DNA from: a virus
Virus record (IMG/VR): IMGVR_UViG_3300029787_000002
Location: 32,001-96,000 of that record
DNA: 64,000 nt
Direction: 5' to 3' (one strand)
The position numbers and the translations under genes were made by a program. How positions within the stretch are numbered: the first letter of the stretch is position 1; each line of letters starts with the position of its first letter. The notes below the pieces were generated by a model. It had not been told where the DNA came from. It did no database searches and saw only the letters and a list, made by a program, of their open reading frames with translations. Shown piece after piece: positions 47,761-57,300 of the stretch.

Positions 47761-47850
47761 ATGGAAGTACTTCAAATTAGTATCGCCATGGTGGTTTTCT
47801 TAGCACTTATCTATGGTGAGGTTCAGTTACTGTTTAGAACAGGACACTGA
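47761..47850 (+). CDS. 29-aa membrane peptide
   Basis: GAGG RBS; MEVLQISIAMVVFLALIYGEVQLLFRTGH. Confidence 0.5.
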   Translation: MEVLQISIAMVVFLALIYGEVQLLFRTGH

Positions 47851-47854
47851 AGCA

Positions 47855-48031
47855 ATGAAAATCAGTCTGGAGTTTGATTCCCGTAACTGGGATTACAATC
47901 TTCCAGAATATGATGAAGACATACATGACCCTGAACAGGTCTTTGCCCTGTTATGTTACCGTGGAATACACTACGCTAAGTGGGTTACTTTAAATCCATT
48001 TCTCGTATCACCAAACTGGAAGATTAAATAG
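47855..48031 (+). CDS. Small protein with a YRG motif
   Basis: HDPEQVFALLCYRGIHYAKW. Confidence 0.6.
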   Translation: MKISLEFDSRNWDYNLPEYDEDIHDPEQVFALLCYRGIHYAKWVTLNPFLVSPNWKIK

Positions 48032-48052
48032 TTGATCTGGAGATCGACACAC

Positions 48053-48098
48053 AGACCCTGGGTATTGACACCTGGGGTCTTTTGTTGTACAATAAATA
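48053..48098 (+). terminator. Terminator hairpin fused to sigma70 and late promoters for talC
   Basis: AGACCCTGGGT-ATTGAC-ACCTGGGGTCT-TTT; TTGACA 48065-48070, 17 bp, TACAAT 48088-48093; AATAAATA 48091-48098. Confidence 0.75.
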
Positions 48099-48123
48099 TT
48101 GTGAAACGTAAGTAAGGAGAGTC

Positions 48124-48792
48124 ATGAAACTTTTTCTGGACTGTTCTGATGCTGAGTTAATCAAAACCTATTACGAAACAGGATTGATTGATGGTGTCAC
48201 AACGAACCCATCACTCATGCTGAAGGCAGGTGAAGATCCCATGGAAGTATACAAAAAGATCTCAGATATCTTTCCATTCCATGCATCAATCTCTGCAGAG
48301 GTAGTAGGTGACACAGCACAAGAAATGTTAGATCAAGCAGAACCCTTGATTGACATTGGACCAAATATTACTATCAAGGTTCCATGCACCCCTCAGGGTT
48401 TAAAAGCATGTAAAGATTTGTCTGATGATGAAGTACCAGTAAACGTTACTTTGGTATTTGATACTTGTCAAGCAATCTTAGCAAGTAAAGCAGGAGCAAC
48501 ATATGTGTCTCCTTTTGTAGGTAGAGTCTATGACCAGTCGTTTGATGGCATTGGAGTCATCGAAGAGATTGCAGATGTATTCGCAACTCATAACTCAACT
48601 ACTCAAGTTCTAGCAGCATCTATTAGAGAGGTGTATCAGGTCGCCCAATCATTCAAAGTGGGTGCTGATATCTGTACTATCCCAGGTAAAGTATTTGCAG
48701 GGATGTACTCTCATATATTAACAGACAAAGGTCTGGAGACTTTTGATAGAGACTGGAAGAATCTACACGACGAATTGGGAAAGAAGAGTTGA
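48124..48792 (+). CDS. talC: Transaldolase TalC
   Basis: DGVTTNPSL, IKVP, VNVTLVF, SPFVGR and LAASIR. Confidence 0.96.
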   Translation: MKLFLDCSDAELIKTYYETGLIDGVTTNPSLMLKAGEDPMEVYKKISDIFPFHASISAEVVGDTAQEMLDQAEPLIDIGPNITIKVPCTPQGLKACKDLSDDEVPVNVTLVFDTCQAILASKAGATYVSPFVGRVYDQSFDGIGVIEEIADVFATHNSTTQVLAASIREVYQVAQSFKVGADICTIPGKVFAGMYSHILTDKGLETFDRDWKNLHDELGKKS

Positions 48793-48851
48793 CTTGTAAA
48801 AAAACTGATGCAGATTTTAGACGCTTACCCCAATCAAGTGGAGGAACAATT

Positions 48852-49001
48852 ATGACTAAACGAGATCTACTCGCAAGAATTTATAATCACAAAAAGAATC
48901 TTTACAATGGTCACTATGAAGAACAGACAGAAGAATGGTCTGAAGGAGCACATCATATGCTCAACAAAATGTTAGAACTAGCACAGGAGTATGGGGATTA
49001 A
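48852..49001 (+). CDS. Small hypothetical protein
   Basis: GGAGG RBS; W.EGAH..LNK.L motif. Confidence 0.6.
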   Translation: MTKRDLLARIYNHKKNLYNGHYEEQTEEWSEGAHHMLNKMLELAQEYGD

Positions 49002-49165
49002 TGAAAAAGAAAAACTTAAAAACACTCATTCACGATATTGAAATCGCACTAGCAGAGTTGAAATCAGAAGTTTATTCTGACGCTGCTGCTTATCGTATAA
49101 GTAATGATAGCGATAAGCACACTACATACATTGACGTTAACGACGACGACGGACTCTGCGACTGA
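49001..49165 (+). CDS. Small hypothetical protein (54 aa, not in the ORF track)
   Basis: MKKKNLKTLIHDIEIALAELKSEVYSD...DDDGLCD; TAATG-coupled. Confidence 0.65.
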   Translation: MKKKNLKTLIHDIEIALAELKSEVYSDAAAYRISNDSDKHTTYIDVNDDDGLCD

Positions 49166-49589
49166 TGATTACAAAAATCCTTGGGTTTACAATGGGAGTA
49201 TCTTTACTTCTAACGACATTGGTGAGTCTTTCGGGTTTGTTTACTCTATACACAATACAGTTAATGGTAAACGCTATATCGGTAGAAAATACTTCTATCA
49301 ATTCCGAACCCCCAAGGGTAAAAAAAGAAAAGTAAAATCAGAATCAGATTGGAAAAAATATTATGGAAGTTCAAAGGAACTCATAGAAGATAAAAAGAAG
49401 TATGGTGAAGAAGCATTTAATCGTGTTATAATCAGCATACATAATACGAAAGGTCTGGTAAACTTTACTGAGACCAAACAGTTATTTCTCAACAATGTAC
49501 TCACGGAGGCAATGGACGATGGAACCCCTGCATACTACAACTCAAACATCCTCGGACGGTACATGCGTAAAGACTATTTTAATACTTGA
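49104..49589 (+). CDS. GIY-YIG endonuclease (endonuclease II / DenA-like); start uncertain
   Basis: GFVY.I.N..NGKRYIGRK, SDWKKYYGSS and YYNSNI. Confidence 0.8.
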   Translation: MIAISTLHTLTLTTTTDSATDDYKNPWVYNGSIFTSNDIGESFGFVYSIHNTVNGKRYIGRKYFYQFRTPKGKKRKVKSESDWKKYYGSSKELIEDKKKYGEEAFNRVIISIHNTKGLVNFTETKQLFLNNVLTEAMDDGTPAYYNSNILGRYMRKDYFNT

Positions 49590-49614
49590 CAGACACTAGC
49601 GAATCGGTTATACT
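49586..49614 (+). promoter_or_regulatory. Sigma70-type promoter
   Basis: TTGACA, 17 bp, TATACT. Confidence 0.75.
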
Positions 49615-49640
49615 ACTGAGGTAGTTCAGAGACAACTTAC

Positions 49641-49799
49641 ATGAGTTGGATTGATTTCCTAGACGCTGACGTTGAAGAGGATTACCTCGACGTCCAGATC
49701 GATAAGTTGCATACTCTCGTTGACTTAGGTTACGAAGAGGATGCTGAAAAGTTGAATCTGAATATCAAAACTGCCTCCAAAATTCTTTTGGGTCAGTAG
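49641..49799 (+). CDS. Small acidic protein whose stop codon lies inside the tRNA
   Basis: 52-aa ORF MSWIDFLDADVEED...KILLGQ*. Confidence 0.5.
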   Translation: MSWIDFLDADVEEDYLDVQIDKLHTLVDLGYEEDAEKLNLNIKTASKILLGQ

Positions 49800-49862
49800 C
49801 ACAGCGGATAGTGCAACTGCCTTCTAAGCAGTCGGTCGCAGGTTCAAATCCTGCCTGACCCG
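49790..49862 (+). tRNA. tRNA-Arg(TCT)
   Basis: Acceptor stem GGGTCAG/CTGACCC, anticodon arm ACTGC-CTTCTAA-GCAGT, T arm GCAGG-TTCAAAT-CCTGC; CCA not encoded. Confidence 0.95.
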
Positions 49863-49908
49863 TTGCCCTTCACAGGGGCATTAACGGTCCATTAGAAAGG
49901 TACTTCAT

Positions 49909-50124
49909 ATGACTACAGCACAACGGTTCTCGTCGTGTCTCCCTATCCTTGAGGATGCGGTTGACAGGCAGATCATGCTCGACTCTGATTATCCTATCAT
50001 TCATAATCAATTAATGAAACACTATGAGGACAGAGGAGTCGACTTCTATGGTAATGTAGACGAGGATTATGACATCCTACTTGCTAAACTTGAATCCGAC
50101 CTTTATTATTATGACCAAGACTAA
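49909..50124 (+). CDS. Hypothetical protein
   Basis: GVDFYG.VDEDY motif. Confidence 0.65.
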   Translation: MTTAQRFSSCLPILEDAVDRQIMLDSDYPIIHNQLMKHYEDRGVDFYGNVDEDYDILLAKLESDLYYYDQD

Positions 50125-50347
50125 CATCATTTTGGAGCGATATCCTTATCGCTATGTTGAAGTTGGGACACTCGACAACGGGTTTCCCGACTATCGTATT
50201 CAAAAGTTTCATGAGTGGACCCAAAGGTACAGGGACATGTATCTCCTAGACAACTCTGTGCAACTGGATTATGCGATTGAAGATTTTGAATACACAAAAT
50301 GGTTAGATCCTGATCCTGAGGTGCAAGCATACCGCAAGTACACATGA
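50111..50347 (+). CDS. Conserved cyanophage protein
   Basis: ERYPYRYVEVG.LDNG.PDYRIQK and EDFEYTKWLDP. Confidence 0.75.
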   Translation: MTKTNIILERYPYRYVEVGTLDNGFPDYRIQKFHEWTQRYRDMYLLDNSVQLDYAIEDFEYTKWLDPDPEVQAYRKYT

Positions 50348-50417
50348 TTACTTTTATTGTTGTTGCAGTGCTCATCGCAGCAACTGCATTTCTTTTACGT
50401 TATTACGATCCTCACAA

Positions 50418-51041
50418 TTGACTCAACCTACAGCGGAACTAGTCCCTCTGTTTTCAACTCCTCTTTTTAAATCGAGGATTGAATCTCATAGTATCACTCC
50501 TGACATTCTAGAATCTCTAGAGTACAGAATTTACTCTGATGGAACTGGTCAACAAACCGTAGATACTAAGATCCTACTATTAAAACCTTTTAATGAATTA
50601 CGTCTTGAGATAGAGAGGTATCTTGGTCTATACGTTTTCGATACGTTGAAGATTGGTCAAGGACAACTAGCACATGTGCAGTCATGGATCAATAAGCATA
50701 GTCCAGGTGATTATGCACCTAAACATCACCACGTTAACTCATGTTATAGTGGTGTTTACTATTTGCATGTTCCCACTGGCAGCGGGGGCATCAGATTTTC
50801 AAAAAATCCTTCTGCTCAAGAGCAAATATTTGCTCATCCAACAGAAGGTAACATTTGGAATTCATCAGAGTGGGAGTTTCCTGTAAGGTCTGGGGACTTA
50901 ATTATTTTCCCCTCCCACCTCACACATTCTGTTCCCCCAAACAACTCTGATGAAACACGATACTCAGTTGCATTTAATTATTTCTTAGAAGGAATACTTG
51001 GTGACAACACTGGACAAGTTACTTTACGGATTGAATCATGA
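50418..51041 (+). CDS. 2OG-Fe(II) oxygenase
   Basis: SWIN, HHH.NS.YSGVYY, FPS.L.HSV and RYSVAFN. Confidence 0.87.
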   Translation: MTQPTAELVPLFSTPLFKSRIESHSITPDILESLEYRIYSDGTGQQTVDTKILLLKPFNELRLEIERYLGLYVFDTLKIGQGQLAHVQSWINKHSPGDYAPKHHHVNSCYSGVYYLHVPTGSGGIRFSKNPSAQEQIFAHPTEGNIWNSSEWEFPVRSGDLIIFPSHLTHSVPPNNSDETRYSVAFNYFLEGILGDNTGQVTLRIES

Positions 51042-51364
51042 ACATGTACAATTTGGCAACACAAGCGTTGAGGGATGCTGTCAAGCAAGCACTCGATGAT
51101 GAAGTAGATAGCAATCTACAGGGAGAACTTTGGAGGCACTATCAGGGTATGAAGTCTATTGCTTCACAACTCCAACCTGAGTCTGCAAAGTCTTCCCAAG
51201 CATACCGTCCACTTGGGGGTGAATTCTACACAACCCCAAGTACTTTCCCTACTGTATCTGAATCTTACGATCCAGATTACAATATAAATATCTCGTCTGG
51301 ATCAAACGTGGCAGCAGCACCTGTTTTCACGTCTGATACGAAGGATGTCGTCACCTTCTCCTGA
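51038..51364 (+). CDS. Hypothetical cyanophage protein
   Basis: ELWRHYQG; C-terminal DVVTFS. Confidence 0.7.
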   Translation: MNMYNLATQALRDAVKQALDDEVDSNLQGELWRHYQGMKSIASQLQPESAKSSQAYRPLGGEFYTTPSTFPTVSESYDPDYNINISSGSNVAAAPVFTSDTKDVVTFS

Positions 51365-51451
51365 TCTTCCGCCAATAGATCTCATAAACTCGATGGCATA
51401 TAAGCGCGACAGGAATCACATATCTTTGATTACCTGACGTCCAGACTACAG

Positions 51452-51479
51452 GGGGGTGGCGACACCCCTTCTTTTTTTT
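51452..51479 (+). terminator. Intrinsic terminator
   Basis: GGGGTG-GCGA-CACCCC followed by TTCTTTTTTTT. Confidence 0.85.
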
Positions 51480-51485
51480 AATATT

Positions 51486-52025
51486 ATGGAATGGTTAGTA
51501 CCTAACAAACTCATGGTGGCATACGTTCAACCCTTCGAGGAGTTGGAAGCATATGCTATGAAAGCACTAGAAGAAAAGGTTCCTCTTGGGGATGAAGATA
51601 ACGTATCTATCAAGAGAGAATATGCTATGGCAATACCACCTCTCTTTGAGAAGTGGATGATTGATACTGTCGATGAGATGTTCGATTTACACAAGGACGT
51701 CGGTGGTATCTTTGGAAACACTAAGGATAAGATGCGTATCGTAAAGATGTGGGCAAACGAGATGCACAAGGGTGATCAGCACCAACCCCATATGCACCAG
51801 TACTCATTATATTCCTTTACCTGTTATATAAGAACTACTAATGATGACGCTCCTTTCTATTTTATTTGGAATGAAACAGGAAATCCAGTGTACATAAACG
51901 AGGACTCTATAGGCCACGCCTTGATTTTCCCTGCTAACCTCATCCATACAGTGTACCCTAAGCAGACCGAAGACGTCAGGATTTCCATATCAGGTAACCT
52001 AATAATAGATGTTGACAAAACTTAA
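51486..52025 (+). CDS. 2OG-Fe(II) oxygenase
   Basis: WANEM..GD...PHMH, FPA.L.HTVYP and RISISGN. Confidence 0.85.
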   Translation: MEWLVPNKLMVAYVQPFEELEAYAMKALEEKVPLGDEDNVSIKREYAMAIPPLFEKWMIDTVDEMFDLHKDVGGIFGNTKDKMRIVKMWANEMHKGDQHQPHMHQYSLYSFTCYIRTTNDDAPFYFIWNETGNPVYINEDSIGHALIFPANLIHTVYPKQTEDVRISISGNLIIDVDKT

Positions 52026-52059
52026 TCTTTGCTATATAATAATGTAACGTTTCTTAACA
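52012..52059 (+). promoter_or_regulatory. Sigma70 promoter of the hli cluster with an HLR1-like repeat
   Basis: TTGACA, 17 bp, TATAAT (52035-52040); reverse-strand GTTAAGAA-AC-GTTACATT just downstream. Confidence 0.65.
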
Positions 52060-52067
52060 AAGCAAAA

Positions 52068-52268
52068 ATGACAACGGTAACTGAACAAGGTGGTAGACAA
52101 AACGTTTACGGCATCGAACCAAAGATGACTTATGACGAGTCCTATGAAGGATACGGTAGAAATGCTGAAAAACTCAATGGACGTCTAGCAATGCTTGGAT
52201 TAGTAGCAGGGGTTATTTCGTATGTTACCACTGGAAACTTCTTTTTCTTTGGACTCGCAGGATTCTAA
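52068..52268 (+). CDS. hli: High-light inducible protein
   Basis: AEKLNGRLAMLG. Confidence 0.93.
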   Translation: MTTVTEQGGRQNVYGIEPKMTYDESYEGYGRNAEKLNGRLAMLGLVAGVISYVTTGNFFFFGLAGF

Positions 52269-52325
52269 AGACACTGTGACATAACTGTCACACCAAATGT
52301 AAACAAACTCACACAGGAAAAAACA

Positions 52326-52433
52326 ATGACTCCAGAAGCAGAAAGATTTAACGGTTGGTGCGCCATGCTAGGTTTCGTAGCAGCAGTCGGTGCATACGCA
52401 ACTACAGGACAAGTAATTCCAGGTATCTTTTAA
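52326..52433 (+). CDS. hli: High-light inducible protein (35 aa, not in the ORF track)
   Basis: MTPEAERFNGWCAMLGFVAAVGAYATTGQVIPGIF. Confidence 0.93.
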   Translation: MTPEAERFNGWCAMLGFVAAVGAYATTGQVIPGIF

Positions 52434-52555
52434 TGAACGATAAGCAATCAAAAGCAATCGCTGAGAAACTTAACGGTAGATTAGCAATGCTCGGCATCAT
52501 CGCAGGATTAGGTGCTTACTTAACAACAGGACAAATCATTCCTGGTTTTGTTTAA
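52433..52555 (+). CDS. hli: High-light inducible protein
   Basis: AEKLNGRLAMLGIIAGLGAYLTTGQIIPGFV. Confidence 0.93.
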   Translation: MNDKQSKAIAEKLNGRLAMLGIIAGLGAYLTTGQIIPGFV

Positions 52556-52732
52556 GTGGACAGTCTAAGTACTGTCAGTTCAATTAGTTATGGGCAAGCA
52601 ATATTGTGGTGTCTATATCCATTCGGTGTCTTGATAGGGTTAGAACTCTTTCTTAGAGCACTGGATGGAGATGACGATGACGACGATCCAGAAGGTGGGG
52701 TAATGACACCTGCCTACGCACAACAATCTTAA
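52556..52732 (+). CDS. Small membrane protein with a poly-Asp tail
   Basis: GTG start; AILWCLYPFGVLIGLELF followed by DGDDDDDDPEGG. Confidence 0.6.
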   Translation: MDSLSTVSSISYGQAILWCLYPFGVLIGLELFLRALDGDDDDDDPEGGVMTPAYAQQS

Positions 52733-52757
52733 CAACACCTGAGGAGCACAAGGTAAA

Positions 52758-52871
52758 ATGACCAATTTCAAAACATCTTTTAACTCTATCCCCCCATCAG
52801 TGCATGGTATTCTAGAGTTCGCATTCTTTGTAGCAGTGGGGATTACTGCAGGGAACATGGGGTGGGTATAA
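52758..52871 (+). CDS. Small membrane peptide (37 aa)
   Basis: IPPSVHGILEFAFFVAVGITAG. Confidence 0.55.
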   Translation: MTNFKTSFNSIPPSVHGILEFAFFVAVGITAGNMGWV

Positions 52872-52976
52872 TGAAACCAATCCCCCTTAAGGTAGTACCA
52901 TACGTTTTCTTTGCATCTTTGGTGCTGTCTACGGTCACTGGGTTCCTACCCCAAACAGTAATGACTGGAGTTTGAG

Positions 52977-53033
52977 TATAAATACTCATCTTTAAGTACT
53001 TTACAAAACTTAGCATCTCTGCTATACTAAATA
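52977..53033 (+). promoter_or_regulatory. psbA promoters (late plus sigma70)
   Basis: TATAAATA at 52977; TTTACA, 17 bp, TATACT (53000-53028); CTAAATA at 53027. Confidence 0.7.
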
Positions 53034-53082
53034 AATCAACTGGGTGAGGATTTCCTCACCTTTTCAATGTGCACTCCGCAAA

Positions 53083-53180
53083 CCGAGACCTATAGGGTGC
53101 CTAAACGAGTCTCTCATACCTCCGCCTGAGGGTGGCGAAGGAATATCTTATCAGTGTTTCCCTGCACTATTATCTAACCC
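53083..53180 (+). ncRNA. PhotoRC-II-like psbA leader RNA
   Basis: GAGAC/GTCTC helix, CGCC-TGAGGGT-GGCG, and AGTG-TTTCCCTG-CACT (loop CCCT can pair with AGGG); directly upstream of psbA. Family name is from memory. Confidence 0.7.
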
Positions 53181-53187
53181 TTTTCAA

Positions 53188-54276
53188 ATGACAACTCTTT
53201 CACGTTCAAAACAACGCGGTGGTCTCCTCTCAGGATGGGACGAACTGTGCAACTGGGTCACCTCAGTTGACAACCGCATTTATGTTGGTTGGTTCGGTGT
53301 ACTAATGATCCCATGCTTGTTGGCAGCAACAACATGCTTCATCATTGCATTCATCGCAGCACCTCCAGTCGACATCGACGGAATTAGAGAACCAGTAGCA
53401 GGTTCTTTAATGTACGGTAACAACATCATCTCTGGTGCAGTTGTTCCTAGTTCAAATGCTATCGGACTTCACTTCTACCCTATCTGGGAAGCAGCATCAC
53501 TCGACGAGTGGTTGTATAACGGTGGTCCTTTTCAACTTGTAGTCTTCCACTTCCTTATCGGAATCACAGCATACTGTGGTCGTCAGTGGGAACTTTCATA
53601 CCGTTTAGGTATGCGTCCATGGATCTGTGTAGCATACTCTGCTCCAGTATCTGCAGCATTCGCTGTGTTCTTGGTGTATCCTTTCGGTCAAGGTTCTTTC
53701 TCTGATGCGATGCCTCTTGGTATCTCTGGTACTTTTAACTACATGTTCGTGTTCCAAGCAGAACACAATATCCTAATGCACCCTTTCCATATGATTGGAG
53801 TCGCAGGTGTATTCGGTGGTTCATTGTTTAGTGCTATGCACGGTTCACTAGTTACCTCTTCTCTAATCAGGGAAACAACTGAGCAAGAGTCTCAGAACTA
53901 TGGTTACAAGTTCGGACAAGAAGAAGAAACATACAACATCGTTGCTGCTCATGGATACTTTGGTAGACTTATCTTCCAATACGCATCTTTCAACAACTCA
54001 CGTTCACTTCACTTCTTCCTAGCAGCATTCCCAGTTGTTTGCATCTGGTTTACTGCAATGGGTGTGTCAACTATGGCATTCAACCTTAACGGATTCAACT
54101 TCAACCAGTCGGTTGTAGATGCTTCTGGTAAGATCATCCCAACATGGGCAGACGTATTGAACAGAGCAGGACTTGGTATGGAAGTTATGCACGAGCGTAA
54201 TGCTCACAACTTCCCACTTGACCTTGCTGCTGCTGAGACAACTCAGGTTGCTCTAACTGCACCGTCAATTGGTTAA
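53188..54276 (+). CDS. psbA: Photosystem II D1 protein
   Basis: [18 protein letters not shown] and [13 protein letters not shown]; true start ATG 53188; uninterrupted. Confidence 0.99.
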   Translation: MTTLSRSKQRGGLLSGWDELCNWVTSVDNRIYVGWFGVLMIPCLLAATTCFIIAFIAAPPVDIDGIREPVAGSLMYGNNIISGAVVPSSNAIGLHFYPIWEAASLDEWLYNGGPFQLVVFHFLIGITAYCGRQWELSYRLGMRPWICVAYSAPVSAAFAVFLVYPFGQGSFSDAMPLGISGTFNYMFVFQAEHNILMHPFHMIGVAGVFGGSLFSAMHGSLVTSSLIRETTEQESQNYGYKFGQEEETYNIVAAHGYFGRLIFQYASFNNSRSLHFFLAAFPVVCIWFTAMGVSTMAFNLNGFNFNQSVVDASGKIIPTWADVLNRAGLGMEVMHERNAHNFPLDLAAAETTQVALTAPSIG

Positions 54277-54306
54277 TAAATAGTTTCGTTCGAGATGGAA
54301 CTAAAT

Positions 54307-54334
54307 AGAGGGGGACACAACCCCCTCTTTTTTT
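54307..54334 (+). terminator. Intrinsic terminator after psbA
   Basis: AGAGGGGG-ACACAA-CCCCCTCT followed by a T run. Confidence 0.88.
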
Positions 54335-57300
54335 ATGGCATTCTATTATCCAGAAGGAAGTTTTGGTCCGATTTGTGATGTAATTCTTCCACCAACAGAA
54401 ACAGTATATCAACGACCAGGGGGATTGTTACCACCAGAGGATCCTTCGATCATAGTTATTGGTGACCCTAGAGACGACCCGCCTGAAGGTCCTCCTACTC
54501 GTAACCTCTTCCCAGGATTACCAAGGTTTATATCACAGAGATGTAAAGTAAGACCAGATGGAACTTTCCATGACTGTGAGTATGTTTATGATTTACCAGT
54601 CACTTGGGATTGTACTGGACAAAATCCTCCTAAGGAAGGTTGTGCAGGTGTCTTTCCAAATCCAAACTTTAACTTTGATCCCACTTTCTTTGTACCAAGA
54701 TTAGATGTTGACTCATGTATTGCTTGGGATCCAGAAATTAATATTAAACCTATTAAGTATTTCACACCATCAGGCACAACAATAACAAAGTACAGGAAGC
54801 AGAAATCTACACCTCTAACTTATCCTGTCACCAGTGCGACTCAAGAAACCATTGTTACTAATGATATGGTTGTGCAGTTTGATTCTACAGGTGATAATCT
54901 TATAGTCTCAGGCAGTGCTACTAGTGGTAGAGTTGCATTGGAACTTAATTGGGATGACGATCCAAAGACTAAAGACACTGCTCTAGGAAAGATTGAGGTC
55001 AATGGTCTTAAATTTGTACAACACATTTGCAATAACGTTGAAGATCTATCTCTTACGTTGTCTGGTACTTCTCTAGTGAGTTGGGGAAATGGTAGAGGAG
55101 AGCGTGGAGGGTTTAGAAAACCAAATGAGCATGACAATATCGGAAATCAATATATTGCTTTTGGAACTTCAGGAACTTCTCCCTTCAGTTCTCTACAAAC
55201 TACAAGAACTGCTGCTGTAACTCTAGATTTAGATAACGCAAATCATATTTTTGTGTATGCGACCTTAGGTAATGATACAAATGGTGGAGAAACAGTTAAC
55301 AATTCTGGTGAAGGACTGAAAATAGTCTGGCCAGATGGAACTCAAAACGACGTTGTTGATCTAGAAGCACAGCAAGATAGTGGACAGAGTGTTAAAACAT
55401 TTAAACAACGTAACTCTAAGTTTAGATATTGTGAGGTTCGTGTTCCTGTTGCATTTAGAAATTCCAATACAACAGTACAGTTCAAACAAACTATTCAAAA
55501 CTCTAGCGGTGAATTACAGACAAGTAATAACGTATCTCTTTCTGCATTTTTTAACCAATTAGGTGACCTTGAGATTACTGGACAAGGATCTGGTACACTT
55601 CAACTGGACTTTGATTGGAATGATGATCCAAACAATGCAGGAACTGCGGTATCAACAATCGAAGTTGGAGGACAAACTTTTACACAGAGTGGTGAGAAAG
55701 GGAGTCAATCAAAAAATATATCAATCTCTGCAGGACAAACTATTAACGTAACTTACAACGACAATACTGGAGGATATCGTTTAGTTGATAATGGTAGAGT
55801 TGTTTGTTTGATGGACGGTGATGACGATGATTGTAATGGAAATCTTAGAGTTGGTAATATCACCATGGATGCTATTTCAACTAATGATCCAAACTGTTTT
55901 GATAGTATTGCTATTGCAAGGATTGGATATCGTGCAGGTGGTAGTGGAGGTGATGTCGAAGAAGCAACCGTTAGAAGGTCTAAGGTGATGCAGACAGGTA
56001 CATATCCAATCACATACACAGATAGGGCACAAGCACCTACTCGTGATAATACATTTACCAAACTTAAATTTAAAGACAGTGGTGGTAACGATACGAATGC
56101 TACTTTCTCTGTAGCAGCAGATGGTGATGATGCCACTACGGTTGTCACTCAAGGATACTGGAGTGATGAAGGAAACAGGTATGCTGTATGGGTTAACCCA
56201 GAACAATGTACGTTACCATTACAACAGCAGACAGTAACTTATCTGATTCCTATTCCTGCTACTGACACATACACAATCACTGGTGGTAGTGATGATACAA
56301 TGTCAGTTTTCTTGAATAACTCTTCCACTCCACTTTCAAACTTCAACAATGCACCTGGTGGTATCTTCGCAGGTGGTTCGTATACTACTCCTTATTCAGA
56401 GACTCTTACTATCAATGGTGGTACACTAACTTTGGTAGTAAGATGTACAAACTCTGCTGCAGGTTTTCTAGACGGTGATGGTAATCCGATTGGTAATGCA
56501 TACAACTGGAATAGAAATCCAGGTGGATGGTATCTAAAAATCTGTAGAGGATCATCTTGTTACGGTGGTGCTACATCACCTTGGGTCAAGTCTGGTCCTC
56601 ATCAAGCATGGAACGCTCTGATGAATAAGTATGCTGTATACCCATCTAACGTAGAGACGCTCACTGGAGTGCCTCACAGCGCAAGTGTGCAGGTTAATAT
56701 CACGCAGGCAGGTAACTATGTGATGGAAGTTTCTGCTGATAACAGTGCTGATTATACTTTCGATGGAGTCAGTATCGGATCCCAGTCTGGTTTTGCAAGT
56801 AGTAGTACTATAAATATTAATAACGTAAGCATCGGACCTCATATTATTGGGGTCACAGTAACAAACGCAGCACCTGCTGCAGGCAACGAAGATGTCTGGT
56901 CTAAAAATCCAGGTGGAGTTGCATACACAATGAAACTGGCAGGGTCTTCTACAGTCAGTGCAAGTTTTAATTCTAGTGGTGGTATAACAACTACAGGTAC
57001 AGGCAGTAGAGAGTTTACTCTCGACTTTGAATGGGATGATAACCCAAGCGATGCAGGAACTGCTCTAGGAACATACAGGATAGCGGGTGTAAACTTCAGA
57101 CAAACTCCAGGTCAGACTTCAGGTAACACTAGTCAAGTAGTTATTCTTGAAGGGGGACGTACTTACAATGCAACCATCGTTGCTAACTCAGGTGGGTTCA
57201 GATTGAAAAACAATAATAGTCAGTTGTGTTTCATGGATCGCGATGGTGATGATTGTAACGCAGAACTTGACATTACCCCAGGTGCTAATGTAGACTTCTT

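Noticed and set aside
51365-51400. Readthrough or tmRNA-like tag peptide (SSANRSHKLDGI)
   Set aside because: There is no tRNA-like domain or Ala-rich tag ending, and no evidence for readthrough.
52275-52580. TGTGACATAACTGTCACA and GTGGACAGT..ACTGTCAG resembling the early palindrome
   Set aside because: The internal spacing differs or the site lies in coding sequence, and there is no -10 at the 51-52 bp distance.
53044-53187. 48-aa N-terminal extension of D1 in the ORF track
   Set aside because: This is the structured 5' leader; the D1-like sequence starts at ATG 53188.
27790-54276. Introns or inteins in g43, g41, nrdA, nrdB or psbA
   Set aside because: All are uninterrupted and of normal length.
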